The translations under genes were made by a program, and so were the position numbers. The notes beneath the pieces were generated by a model, which saw only the letters and a program-made list of their open reading frames with translations, was not told the DNA's origin and ran no database searches. 53,298 nucleotides of DNA from Myxococcota bacterium (GTDB lineage: Bacteria > Myxococcota > XYA12-FULL-58-9). Location of the stretch: assembly GCA_022703175.1 (NCBI GenBank), contig JAKLEG010000001.1:1-53298 (forward strand), given 5' to 3'. This document shows positions 44,662-52,519 of this stretch, in pieces (the first letter of the stretch is position 1; each line of letters opens with the position of its first letter).

Positions 44662-46344
44662 TTGCGTTTCGATGAACTAAATTTGCACCCCACCCTCCTC
44701 AAGGCTGTCCAAGAAGAGGCGTACGAGACCTCGACCCCCATTCAGACTCAGGCGATTCCGCACATCTTGGCCGGTCGCGACCTATTGGGTTGCGCCCAAA
44801 CCGGCACTGGCAAGACTGCCGCCTTTGCGCTGCCGATTTTGAATCGTTTGCTTTCGAACCCGCGTAACGCTCGCCACCCCCGCGTGTTGGTGTTGGTTCC
44901 CACCCGTGAATTGGCCACCCAAGTGGGTGAGAGTTTCCGCACCTACGGTCGCCATACCGGCCTCAAGTGCACCACGGTGTTTGGGGGTGTCAGTCAAAAA
45001 GCCCAGGAGAACGCTTTGCGGGCTGGCGTGGATATTCTGGTTGCTGCCCCGGGTCGCTTGTTAGACTTGATGGGTCAGCGGGTGGTGAATCTGACCGACG
45101 TAGAAGTGTTGGTGCTAGACGAAGCCGATCGCATGTTGGATATGGGTTTCATCAAGCCGATTAGGGACATCGTGGCGTGCCTGCCTACCGAGCGCCAGAA
45201 TCTCATGTTCTCCGCCACAATGCCCGACAACATTCGCAACTTAGCGGGCCGGATCTTGCGCAACCCCACCAACGTGGCGGTGGCCCCGGTGGCCGCCACA
45301 GTTGATACCGTGGAACAGCAAGTCTATTTTATCCCGCAATCGCGCAAAGTGGATTTGCTCATCCCCCTGCTTCAGGCGCCGCAGGCTTTCCGCGTGGTGG
45401 TTTTTACCCGCACCAAGCATGGTGCCAACCGCCTTGCCCAGAAGCTGGCCAAGTCTGACATCGAGGCCACCGTCATTCACGGGAACAAATCCCAAAATGC
45501 TCGGCAACGAGCGCTGGAGGATTTCAAGAAGGGTTCCGCGCACGTGCTGGTAGCCACCGACGTGGCCGCTCGCGGCCTAGACGTAGACGGCGTCACCCAC
45601 GTGGTGAACTATGACATCCCCAACGAGCCCGAAAGCTATGTGCATCGCATTGGTCGTACCGCCCGTGCGGGAGCCAGTGGCGTCGCGATTTCGCTGTGTG
45701 ACCCGAGCGAGCGCGCCTGGTTAAAAGATATCGAGCGACTGACCCGTAACAAGATCACGGTGATAGATACCCCGGCGCTACCCGACAAACCGGCGGCCAC
45801 CGAACGGCATCACCGTCACACCGAGTTTCGCGACCCCAGCCATGAGCATCGTCAACCACGTCGCAAAAACGAAGAACGAGACGTGCGCCCGCGCGAAGAT
45901 TTCCACGGCCGCAACCCGCATGACCATCCTGCCCATGCCCCTCGCCAAATGTCACGCCAACCTGGGGAAATGCGCCAGCAAAGACAGCACCAGGAACCAC
46001 CGCGCCAGAGTGACCGCCCACGATTTAGTCCACCGCAAGAGCAGCGCCGTGAACGGCCCAACTACAACCACGCACCGCCCCGCCAAGGTGACCGCCGCGA
46101 GCGACCACAACGAGACTTTGCGCCACCGAGCCGCGGCCCACGCAATGACAGACCGCAACGTGACTACTCGCAGCCCAACCATGGCCCTCGGAATGACCGA
46201 CCCCAACAAGGACAACGGCCTGGCCGCCCCCAAGAAGGGGGCCCCCGAAGTGAGCGTCCGCAAAGCCAATCGCGTCCCCAAGGGCACCACGCTCGTCCTA
46301 GCGGCATGAAGGCCAAACTACCTCACCAGCGCCGCAGCCACTAG
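44662..46344 (+). CDS. rhlE: DEAD-box ATP-dependent RNA helicase (RhlE-like) with ~190-aa Arg/Pro/Gln/His-rich C-terminal tail
   Basis: TTG start at 44662, eight nt after GGAG. Q-motif TPIQ, motif I AQTGTGKT, PTRELA, DEAD (VLDEADRMLDMGF), SAT, and HRIGRTARAG. Confidence 0.9.
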   Translation: MRFDELNLHPTLLKAVQEEAYETSTPIQTQAIPHILAGRDLLGCAQTGTGKTAAFALPILNRLLSNPRNARHPRVLVLVPTRELATQVGESFRTYGRHTGLKCTTVFGGVSQKAQENALRAGVDILVAAPGRLLDLMGQRVVNLTDVEVLVLDEADRMLDMGFIKPIRDIVACLPTERQNLMFSATMPDNIRNLAGRILRNPTNVAVAPVAATVDTVEQQVYFIPQSRKVDLLIPLLQAPQAFRVVVFTRTKHGANRLAQKLAKSDIEATVIHGNKSQNARQRALEDFKKGSAHVLVATDVAARGLDVDGVTHVVNYDIPNEPESYVHRIGRTARAGASGVAISLCDPSERAWLKDIERLTRNKITVIDTPALPDKPAATERHHRHTEFRDPSHEHRQPRRKNEERDVRPREDFHGRNPHDHPAHAPRQMSRQPGEMRQQRQHQEPPRQSDRPRFSPPQEQRRERPNYNHAPPRQGDRRERPQRDFAPPSRGPRNDRPQRDYSQPNHGPRNDRPQQGQRPGRPQEGGPRSERPQSQSRPQGHHARPSGMKAKLPHQRRSH

Positions 46345-46371
46345 CGCGCTCCCAAAGCTTCTTCCCCTGCC

Positions 46372-46387
46372 CGTTTCACGTGAAACA
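46372..46387. promoter_or_regulatory. second parS site, CGTTTCACGTGAAACA (15/16; perfect 14-bp palindromic core)
   Basis: Lies 28 bp downstream of the helicase stop, between the helicase and rsmG. Confidence 0.8.
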
Positions 46388-46469
46388 ATCCAAAACGCGC
46401 TCTGACGACCTGCTACGAGAAGAGCATTGAGCGACAACATCGGCTCGCTTGTTTATTGAAAGATAGCCC

Positions 46470-47060
46470 CTAGCCTTCGAGCTCGCGCAGAAACACCTCC
46501 AGCAGGCGTGTCTCCTCCCTTACTTTATAGGGGGTCAACATGCTGCCGGTAAGCGGCACCCCTTCGCTCCGGTAGGCGACAACCTTACCACCAGGCTTTA
46601 TCCAGCCCAGGCACTTGTCTAAGTCGAGCAACGAAGAAAAGGTTGCGCGAGTCACCGCGGCAGCGAACAACTCGGGGGGAGCGTCTTCGATGGCGCCATT
46701 CAGCACCCGCACGTTGTTGAGCCCTAACCGGGCCGCAGCGTTCTCCAGAAATGACGCTCGCTTGCGGCGCGGCTCAAGCAGCGAGAATTGCAACTCAGGC
46801 AACGCGATGGCCAAGGGGATGCCCGGATAACCAGCACCTGAGCCGACGTCCAACACCGGGCCTTGCGTCAACAGCGGCAGCGCCGCCAACGAGTCTCGGT
46901 AGTGCAACCACGCGGCCTCCACGTTGTCGCTGATCGCCGTGAGGTTCACACGCTCGTTCCAAGCCAGCACCAATTCCCAGTGTCGGGCGCACAGATCGAC
47001 CACCCGTTCAGGGGTCCGCAACTCCAAGCCCGTCAACGCGATTTGCAATGCCGCGCGCAT
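46470..47060 (-). CDS. rsmG: 16S rRNA (guanine527-N7)-methyltransferase RsmG (GidB)
   Basis: WNERVNLTAI and LDVGSGAGYPGIPLAI (SAM motif). Position immediately follows mnmG. Start moved to the ATG at 47058-47060 to remove a 41-bp overlap with mnmG. Confidence 0.9.
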   Translation of the reverse strand: MRAALQIALTGLELRTPERVVDLCARHWELVLAWNERVNLTAISDNVEAAWLHYRDSLAALPLLTQGPVLDVGSGAGYPGIPLAIALPELQFSLLEPRRKRASFLENAAARLGLNNVRVLNGAIEDAPPELFAAAVTRATFSSLLDLDKCLGWIKPGGKVVAYRSEGVPLTGSMLTPYKVREETRLLEVFLRELEG

Positions 47061-47064
47061 CACC

Positions 47065-49293
47065 TCACCCCTCTTTGGCGCCCACGCTTGGGGACCTTTT
47101 TGCATGCACCCGCAACAACGCCAACGCCGCTGGTGTCATGCCCCGGATCCGGCTCGCCTGCCCTAACGTGAGTGGGCGAACCTGCGTCAGCTTTTCGCGT
47201 AACTCGCGCGATAGGCCGGGCAACACCCGGTAATCGAAAACGCTGGGCAAACTTACGCCTTCCAGATCCTGCAAACGCACGATCTCACGCGCCTCGCGCG
47301 CGATATAGCCCTCGTACTTGACCTCTTCCTCTACAAAAGTACAAGTGACGAGGTCCCAGCCCCATGCGTTGGCCACAACCACGCCGTCCCCACCAAGCGG
47401 CCGCTCCCTAACGGTCGCGGTACGGTCCGGCTCACCCAAATTGGTCGACTCAACCCACAAGGCTCGGTCGCTCGCCCCTGGGGTCAGTGAGGTCGCATCT
47501 AGAGCCACCCCGTAGCCCGGCACCGCAGCGGTCCGAGGGCCCCGCGCAGCGGGAGGCGGACCGTGAGGAGCGGAAGGCGCGGAGGGCGCGACGACCGACT
47601 CAACCCACAAGGCTCGGTCACTCGCCCCTGGGGTCAGTGAGGTCGCATCTCCAGCCAACACGGCAAGCACTTGTTGGATATCCAACTCGGGGCGTTTAAG
47701 CGCTTGCGCAGCGGTGAGTCCAGCCGACACCGCAGGATCGAGCCCAAGCGCCGCCGCCCCGTGCACGCCCAGAGGCGTCTTCATCAGCAACTGCTGCAAC
47801 CCAACCCGCTCGGCCTCCCGAGCCTCGGCCCGCGCCCGTCGCTCAGGTGACAGCAAACCCAGCTCCGCAGCCACGCGCCACAAGCGTGCCTCGGCGTTGG
47901 TCTCCCTAAGCGTCAACCGATGCTCAGCCCGCGAGGTGAACAACCGGTACGGCTCATCGACGCCGAGCGTCACCAAGTCATCAATCAACACGCCCAGGTA
48001 GGCCTGATCTCGACGCCATACCACCGGCGCGTTATGGGCCAAATAGCGCACCGCATTCACGCCCGCCATCAAACCCTGAGCCGCGGCCTCCTCATAACCA
48101 CTCGTGCCATTGATCTGCCCCGCCAAAAACAAGCCGGGCAACGCTTTGGTCATTAGGCTGGGCAAAAGCTGCGTCGGTTGCGCGAAATCGTACTCCACTG
48201 CGTAGCCATATTGAGCCACGCGACAGTTCTCCAAACCGACGATGCTGTGCAAAAATGCATCCTGCACGTCCCGCGGCAAGCTGGTTGACAAGCCGTTGGG
48301 ATAAATCCAATCGGAGCTAAGTCCCTCCGGCTCCAAAAACAACTGGTGCCGTTCTTTGTCCGCAAAACGCACCACTTTGTCTTCGATGGAAGGGCAGTAG
48401 CGCGGCCCCAAACCCTTGATGACCCCTTGGAAAAGTGGCGACCGATGCAGATTCGCTCGGATAACCTCATGAGTTGCAGCGGTGGTGTGGGTGATCGCAC
48501 AGGTCACTTGGCATAACGTATTGGGAACCGGGTCGAACGAAAACCGGGGTGCCGGTAGGTCTCCCGCCTGTTTCTCCAACGAATCCCAAGCAATACTGTC
48601 GGCATACAGGCGCGGCGTTGTGCCGGTTTTAAACCGCCCCAATTCAATGCCACATTCCTTAAGAGAATTAGATAGATACGTCGCTGGCGCGTCGCCTTCT
48701 CGACCCGCCGCAAACTGCTCCTCGCCGCGATGACACAAGCCGTTCAAGAACGTGCCCGCCGTGACAACTGCGACATCACAGGAGATTTTCCCGGACTTCA
48801 GGCCCATAACAGCCACGACACGATGCTTGCGCTCCCTTACGGTCGCGCTATGGTTTTCTGCCTCGGCGGATAAAACCGATAGGGTACCAGGAACCTTATC
48901 CACCGCCCCCACGCCCCGCAGAATTTCCACAATCTCATCTTCAATAAGCGTGATGTTGGGCACAGCTGCGATAAGCTCAGTCATCACCTCGCGGTACTTT
49001 TTAGAGTCCGACTGGCAGCGAGTCGACTGCACAGCCGGCCCACGGCTGGCGTTCAACCTCCGGAATTGAATGCCGGTGGCGTCGGCAACAAACCCCATTG
49101 CCCCACCTAACGCATCGATTTCTCTAACTAAATGCCCTTTTCCCACACCGCCTATGGCCGGGTTGCAGCTCATCTGCGCAATGCGGTCGAGTCGCAGCGT
49201 CACAAGCGCCACCTTGGCTCCAAGGCGTGCGGCGGCCAGTGCGGCTTCACAGCCGGCATGCCCCGCCCCGATCACCACCACGTCAAAGTGCAT
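47065..49293 (-). CDS. mnmG: tRNA uridine 5-carboxymethylaminomethyl modification enzyme MnmG (GidA), about 110 aa longer than the E. coli protein because of two in-frame insertions
   Basis: FDVVVIGAGHAGCEAA, MSCNPAIGGVGKGHLVREIDALGG, GPRYCPSIEDKV, GQINGTSGYEEAAAQG, FTSRAEHRL, KYEGYI and GQASRIRGMTPAA are all colinear with E. coli MnmG. The exceptions are extra segments near 48815-48905 and 47335-47662. Confidence 0.95.
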   Translation of the reverse strand: MHFDVVVIGAGHAGCEAALAAARLGAKVALVTLRLDRIAQMSCNPAIGGVGKGHLVREIDALGGAMGFVADATGIQFRRLNASRGPAVQSTRCQSDSKKYREVMTELIAAVPNITLIEDEIVEILRGVGAVDKVPGTLSVLSAEAENHSATVRERKHRVVAVMGLKSGKISCDVAVVTAGTFLNGLCHRGEEQFAAGREGDAPATYLSNSLKECGIELGRFKTGTTPRLYADSIAWDSLEKQAGDLPAPRFSFDPVPNTLCQVTCAITHTTAATHEVIRANLHRSPLFQGVIKGLGPRYCPSIEDKVVRFADKERHQLFLEPEGLSSDWIYPNGLSTSLPRDVQDAFLHSIVGLENCRVAQYGYAVEYDFAQPTQLLPSLMTKALPGLFLAGQINGTSGYEEAAAQGLMAGVNAVRYLAHNAPVVWRRDQAYLGVLIDDLVTLGVDEPYRLFTSRAEHRLTLRETNAEARLWRVAAELGLLSPERRARAEAREAERVGLQQLLMKTPLGVHGAAALGLDPAVSAGLTAAQALKRPELDIQQVLAVLAGDATSLTPGASDRALWVESVVAPSAPSAPHGPPPAARGPRTAAVPGYGVALDATSLTPGASDRALWVESTNLGEPDRTATVRERPLGGDGVVVANAWGWDLVTCTFVEEEVKYEGYIAREAREIVRLQDLEGVSLPSVFDYRVLPGLSRELREKLTQVRPLTLGQASRIRGMTPAALALLRVHAKRSPSVGAKEG
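47446..47500. repeat. 55-bp direct repeat, copy 1 (inside mnmG insertion)
   Basis: CGACTCAACCCACAAGGCTCGGTCGCTCGCCCCTGGGGTCAGTGAGGTCGCATCT. Matches 47596..47650 at 54/55 positions, exactly 150 bp (50 codons) away. Confidence 0.9.
47596..47650. repeat. 55-bp direct repeat, copy 2 (inside mnmG insertion)
   Basis: Same 55-mer with one substitution (A at 47620 vs G at 47470). Both copies encode DATSLTPGASDRALWVES on the minus strand. Confidence 0.9.
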
Positions 49294-50658
49294 TTACTTC
49301 CCGAGACAAAAATCAGAGAAAATACGGTCGAGTACTGCGCCATCCACGTCGCGGCCCAAGATCCGTCCCAAGGACCGGGTGCTGGCTTCAAGAGCCAAAG
49401 TGCACAAGTCCAGGGTGCCACCTTGTTGTAATAACTGTTGGGTCTCTTGCAACTGCGCCGCTGCCTCTTTGAGAGCCTGCAAATGGCGCTCACGTACCAC
49501 GACGATTGCACCCTCGGGAACCTTGGGAGCCAACCGCTGAACAATGGCGGCCCTTGATTCGGCAATGCCCAGCCCGGCGCGCACCGACACCCACCCCAAG
49601 AATGCTAGCCCCCGCTTTGCAGCCTCTAGCGCCAAGGCCGTGCGCGTGGGCGGATCGGCCAAATCGGCGCGACTCCCTAACACCCAAAGATTGGGCCCCA
49701 CAACCTCGGCATCCGGCCAAACGGGCCGTTTAGGCTCAATCAACCAGATTGCCACGTCAGCGCTGCGAATGCGGGCTCGGGACATTTCCACGCCACGAGC
49801 CTCAACCCCCGTGGCAGCGCCATGAATACCGGCGGTGTCCCAAAGCGACCAGCGCACAGCGCCATCGTACAACTCCACTTCGATCGGATCGCGCGTGGTG
49901 CCAGGGCTTTCATCCACCAACACCCGCTCCTGCCCCACCCAGGCATTCAACAGCGTCGACTTGCCTACATTGGGTGCCCCACACAGCACCACCCGGGCGC
50001 CGCGCTTCACCTCCAAGTGCGCCTGCGCCACCAACTCCGCCACCGCCAAAGCCGCATGTTCCAGCGCCACCTCGTGTTGTGGCTCCACCCCCGCGTCGGG
50101 CAGCTGCTCAGGAAAATCAGTCGCAGCCCGCCACGCTGCCAACACCCCTTCGAGCCACGTACAGATGTCACCAATCTTGCGCGATAGCTCGCCATCTAGT
50201 TGCCGCTTGGCCAGGTGACGCTCAAACTCGGAACGGGCATGAATCAGGTCGGCCACCGCTTCGGCTTGTGCCAAATCCATCCGGCCATTCAAGAACGCCC
50301 GCTCGGTGAACTCGCCTGGGCGAGCCAACCGCGCTCCATGTGCAAGACAGCTCGTAAGCGTCGCATCAACAATGGTGGGCGAGCCATGCAGGTACAATTC
50401 CACCACCATCTCACCGGTGTAGGAATGCGGGGCCACCATCAACGCCACCATCGCATCGTCCAACGGCTTGCCGTAGGCATCTACAAGCGTGGCCCGCCGC
50501 AGGTGGTGGGAAACCGGCAAGCTCAGCTTAGGAGCCAAGCACTGCAGAATACGCGGTGCCTCGGATCCCGATAGCCTAACAATAGCAATCGCCGCTTCCC
50601 CGCGCGCCGTGGCCGGGGCAACGATGGTGTCGGCAAGAGAGGGTACGCCTTCTAGCAT
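49294..50658 (-). CDS. mnmE: tRNA modification GTPase MnmE (TrmE)
   Basis: DTIVAPATA...AIAIVRLSG, G1 GAPNVGKSTLLN, DTAG, and the C-terminal FCLGK (CxGK) motif. Abuts the mnmG start. Confidence 0.95.
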   Translation of the reverse strand: MLEGVPSLADTIVAPATARGEAAIAIVRLSGSEAPRILQCLAPKLSLPVSHHLRRATLVDAYGKPLDDAMVALMVAPHSYTGEMVVELYLHGSPTIVDATLTSCLAHGARLARPGEFTERAFLNGRMDLAQAEAVADLIHARSEFERHLAKRQLDGELSRKIGDICTWLEGVLAAWRAATDFPEQLPDAGVEPQHEVALEHAALAVAELVAQAHLEVKRGARVVLCGAPNVGKSTLLNAWVGQERVLVDESPGTTRDPIEVELYDGAVRWSLWDTAGIHGAATGVEARGVEMSRARIRSADVAIWLIEPKRPVWPDAEVVGPNLWVLGSRADLADPPTRTALALEAAKRGLAFLGWVSVRAGLGIAESRAAIVQRLAPKVPEGAIVVVRERHLQALKEAAAQLQETQQLLQQGGTLDLCTLALEASTRSLGRILGRDVDGAVLDRIFSDFCLGK

Positions 50659-50810
50659 CGCGCCGCTTGTAACATGGGGACGCGCCGTTCGTCATCCATC
50701 CAAACCGCCAGCGTGAGCATACCTTTTTCTAATGGATTATTACCTCAATTCCTGCCATTGCTGCATCCTTGCGCCAAGTGACGTAGAGAGCGGGCGGGGG
50801 GAGGGGGCTG

Positions 50811-52403
50811 ATGGCACACGAAGCGTCAGCGGTAGGAACGAATCAACCAGGCGCGGCAGATGCGGTCGATGCGCGTAGCCTGAATTTGTTCAAGCACATC
50901 GTCGAAAACAGCGATGAAGAGGTGCTGCTAATTCACACGGATGGGCGCATCGCTTACGCCAACCCTGCAGCACGACGAAACCTGGGTTACACAGCTGAAG
51001 AGTTTGAGCATCTCAGCCTCGCACAGATCGATCCTGAACGTGGCTCCAACTTTACCCACCGACTAGCGAATCTCCGCCTGCAGCCGCAACCGACGATCGA
51101 AACCCAACACACAACGCATGATGGTCGCCTGATCCCAAAAGAGGTCCACGCCTTCATTATAAAGGCTGGCGATGAAGAGTACGTCTGCGCCTTTGCTCGG
51201 GACATCTCTGCACGCAAACGCCTGGAGGCCGAACATTGCCGCTTGCAAGAGGCGAATCAGCATGCGCACACGATCGAAGCTATCAGCCGCTTGGCGGGCG
51301 GCATCGCCCACGACTTTAACAACCTGCTAACCTCGATTCGCGGCTACGCCGAGCTGGTGCTCATGTTGCCCGACCCGCCCGCCGGGCTCACCGCAGACGT
51401 CACCGAAATAAAATCCGCCGCCGACAAAGCGGCTGAGCTCACCGAACAACTGCTGGCTTTTGGCCGACGTCAACTGCTCACCCCCGAGCTGCTCGACCTG
51501 AACGCCGTGCTCAACAATGCCGCGCCGATGCTAAAAAAGCTACTCGGCAACGAGATTCAACTAACGGTGGAGACCGGTACCGAGCTCGGCAACCTCCGGG
51601 CAGACCCGCATCGCATCGAGCAGATCTTGGTGGCCCTCTTGAACAACTCCCGCGAGGCGATGCCCAACGGCGGCCGCGTCTTGCTCAAAACCCACCGCAA
51701 GACACTGCGCGACGTGAGCACTGCCCCGAGTGGTTGCCGCCCTGGCGACTACGTGGTGCTCAGCGTCACCGACACCGGTTGCGGCATGGATGCCGAAACC
51801 CTCGCACATATTTTCGAACCGTTCTTCACCACCAAAGAGCGCGACCGCGCCACCGGCCTAAGCCTCCCCGCCGTGTATGGCATCGTGCAACAACATGGAG
51901 CCGTGATTGAGGTGACGTCAGAGCGGGCTCAGGGCACCACGTTCACCCTCTACTTTCCGGCGGTCAGCGACGTCACCCCGAAGCCGGTAGTCTCACCAAT
52001 GTCGGCGTCTACTCACCGCCAGGGAAATATTCTGCTGGTGGAGGATGAGGAGAGCGTGCAGCGGCTGGCGGCCCGCGTGCTGCGCGATGCCGGCTACCAG
52101 GTGCTCACCGCCAATGACGCCGAAGCGGCCATGCAGGTGGCCGCGGGCTTTGATGACCGCATCGACCTGTTGGTCACCGACGTGATCATGCCCGGCATCA
52201 ACGGCCGCGACTTGGCCGAAACCCTGCAACGCCGCCGACCGAGCATGCGCGTCCTTTATATGTCGGGCTACACCGAAGATATCTTGGCTGACCGGGGCAT
52301 CGCCGGCACCGACCTCAACTTCATCATGAAGCCGTTTGGCCTGCACGAGTTCCGCGCCAAGATCGAGTCCTTGCTTGAGGAAAACAGTCGTTGTAACGCC
52401 TAG
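50811..52403 (+). CDS. hybrid sensor histidine kinase (PAS - HisKA - HATPase_c - receiver)
   Basis: PAS FKHIVENSDEEVLLIHTDGRIAYANPAARRNLGY. H-box GGIAHDFNNLLTSIRGYAELV. N-box LLNNSREAM. DTGCGM. Receiver ILLVEDEE...LLVTDVIMPGINGRDL...KPF. GGAGGGGG precedes the ATG. Confidence 0.85.
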   Translation: MAHEASAVGTNQPGAADAVDARSLNLFKHIVENSDEEVLLIHTDGRIAYANPAARRNLGYTAEEFEHLSLAQIDPERGSNFTHRLANLRLQPQPTIETQHTTHDGRLIPKEVHAFIIKAGDEEYVCAFARDISARKRLEAEHCRLQEANQHAHTIEAISRLAGGIAHDFNNLLTSIRGYAELVLMLPDPPAGLTADVTEIKSAADKAAELTEQLLAFGRRQLLTPELLDLNAVLNNAAPMLKKLLGNEIQLTVETGTELGNLRADPHRIEQILVALLNNSREAMPNGGRVLLKTHRKTLRDVSTAPSGCRPGDYVVLSVTDTGCGMDAETLAHIFEPFFTTKERDRATGLSLPAVYGIVQQHGAVIEVTSERAQGTTFTLYFPAVSDVTPKPVVSPMSASTHRQGNILLVEDEESVQRLAARVLRDAGYQVLTANDAEAAMQVAAGFDDRIDLLVTDVIMPGINGRDLAETLQRRRPSMRVLYMSGYTEDILADRGIAGTDLNFIMKPFGLHEFRAKIESLLEENSRCNA

Positions 52404-52519
52404 ATCCGAGTGCTACAGAACGCTGGGGCCAAATCACGGTGGCGCCTGTCGTAGATATCGCGTGAAGCTGATTCCCAGTCTTTGCGCCTGAACCGACCAA
52501 GCAGCAAACGGAGAGTGCC

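Noticed and set aside
46429-46457. Possible rho-independent terminator after the helicase gene (GAGCGA-N10-TCGCTT followed by GTTTATT)
   Set aside because: The stem is only 5-6 bp including a G-U pair, the loop is 10 nt and the T-tract is interrupted. This is too weak to call.
42465-50810. Possible oriC / DnaA-box cluster, because mnmE-mnmG-rsmG-parAB usually lies near the origin
   Set aside because: Reading the intergenic regions, I found no cluster of TTATCCACA-like boxes (only isolated 7/9 matches such as TTATCCAGC near 46590). No dnaA or dnaN gene is in the window. An origin cannot be supported from this window.
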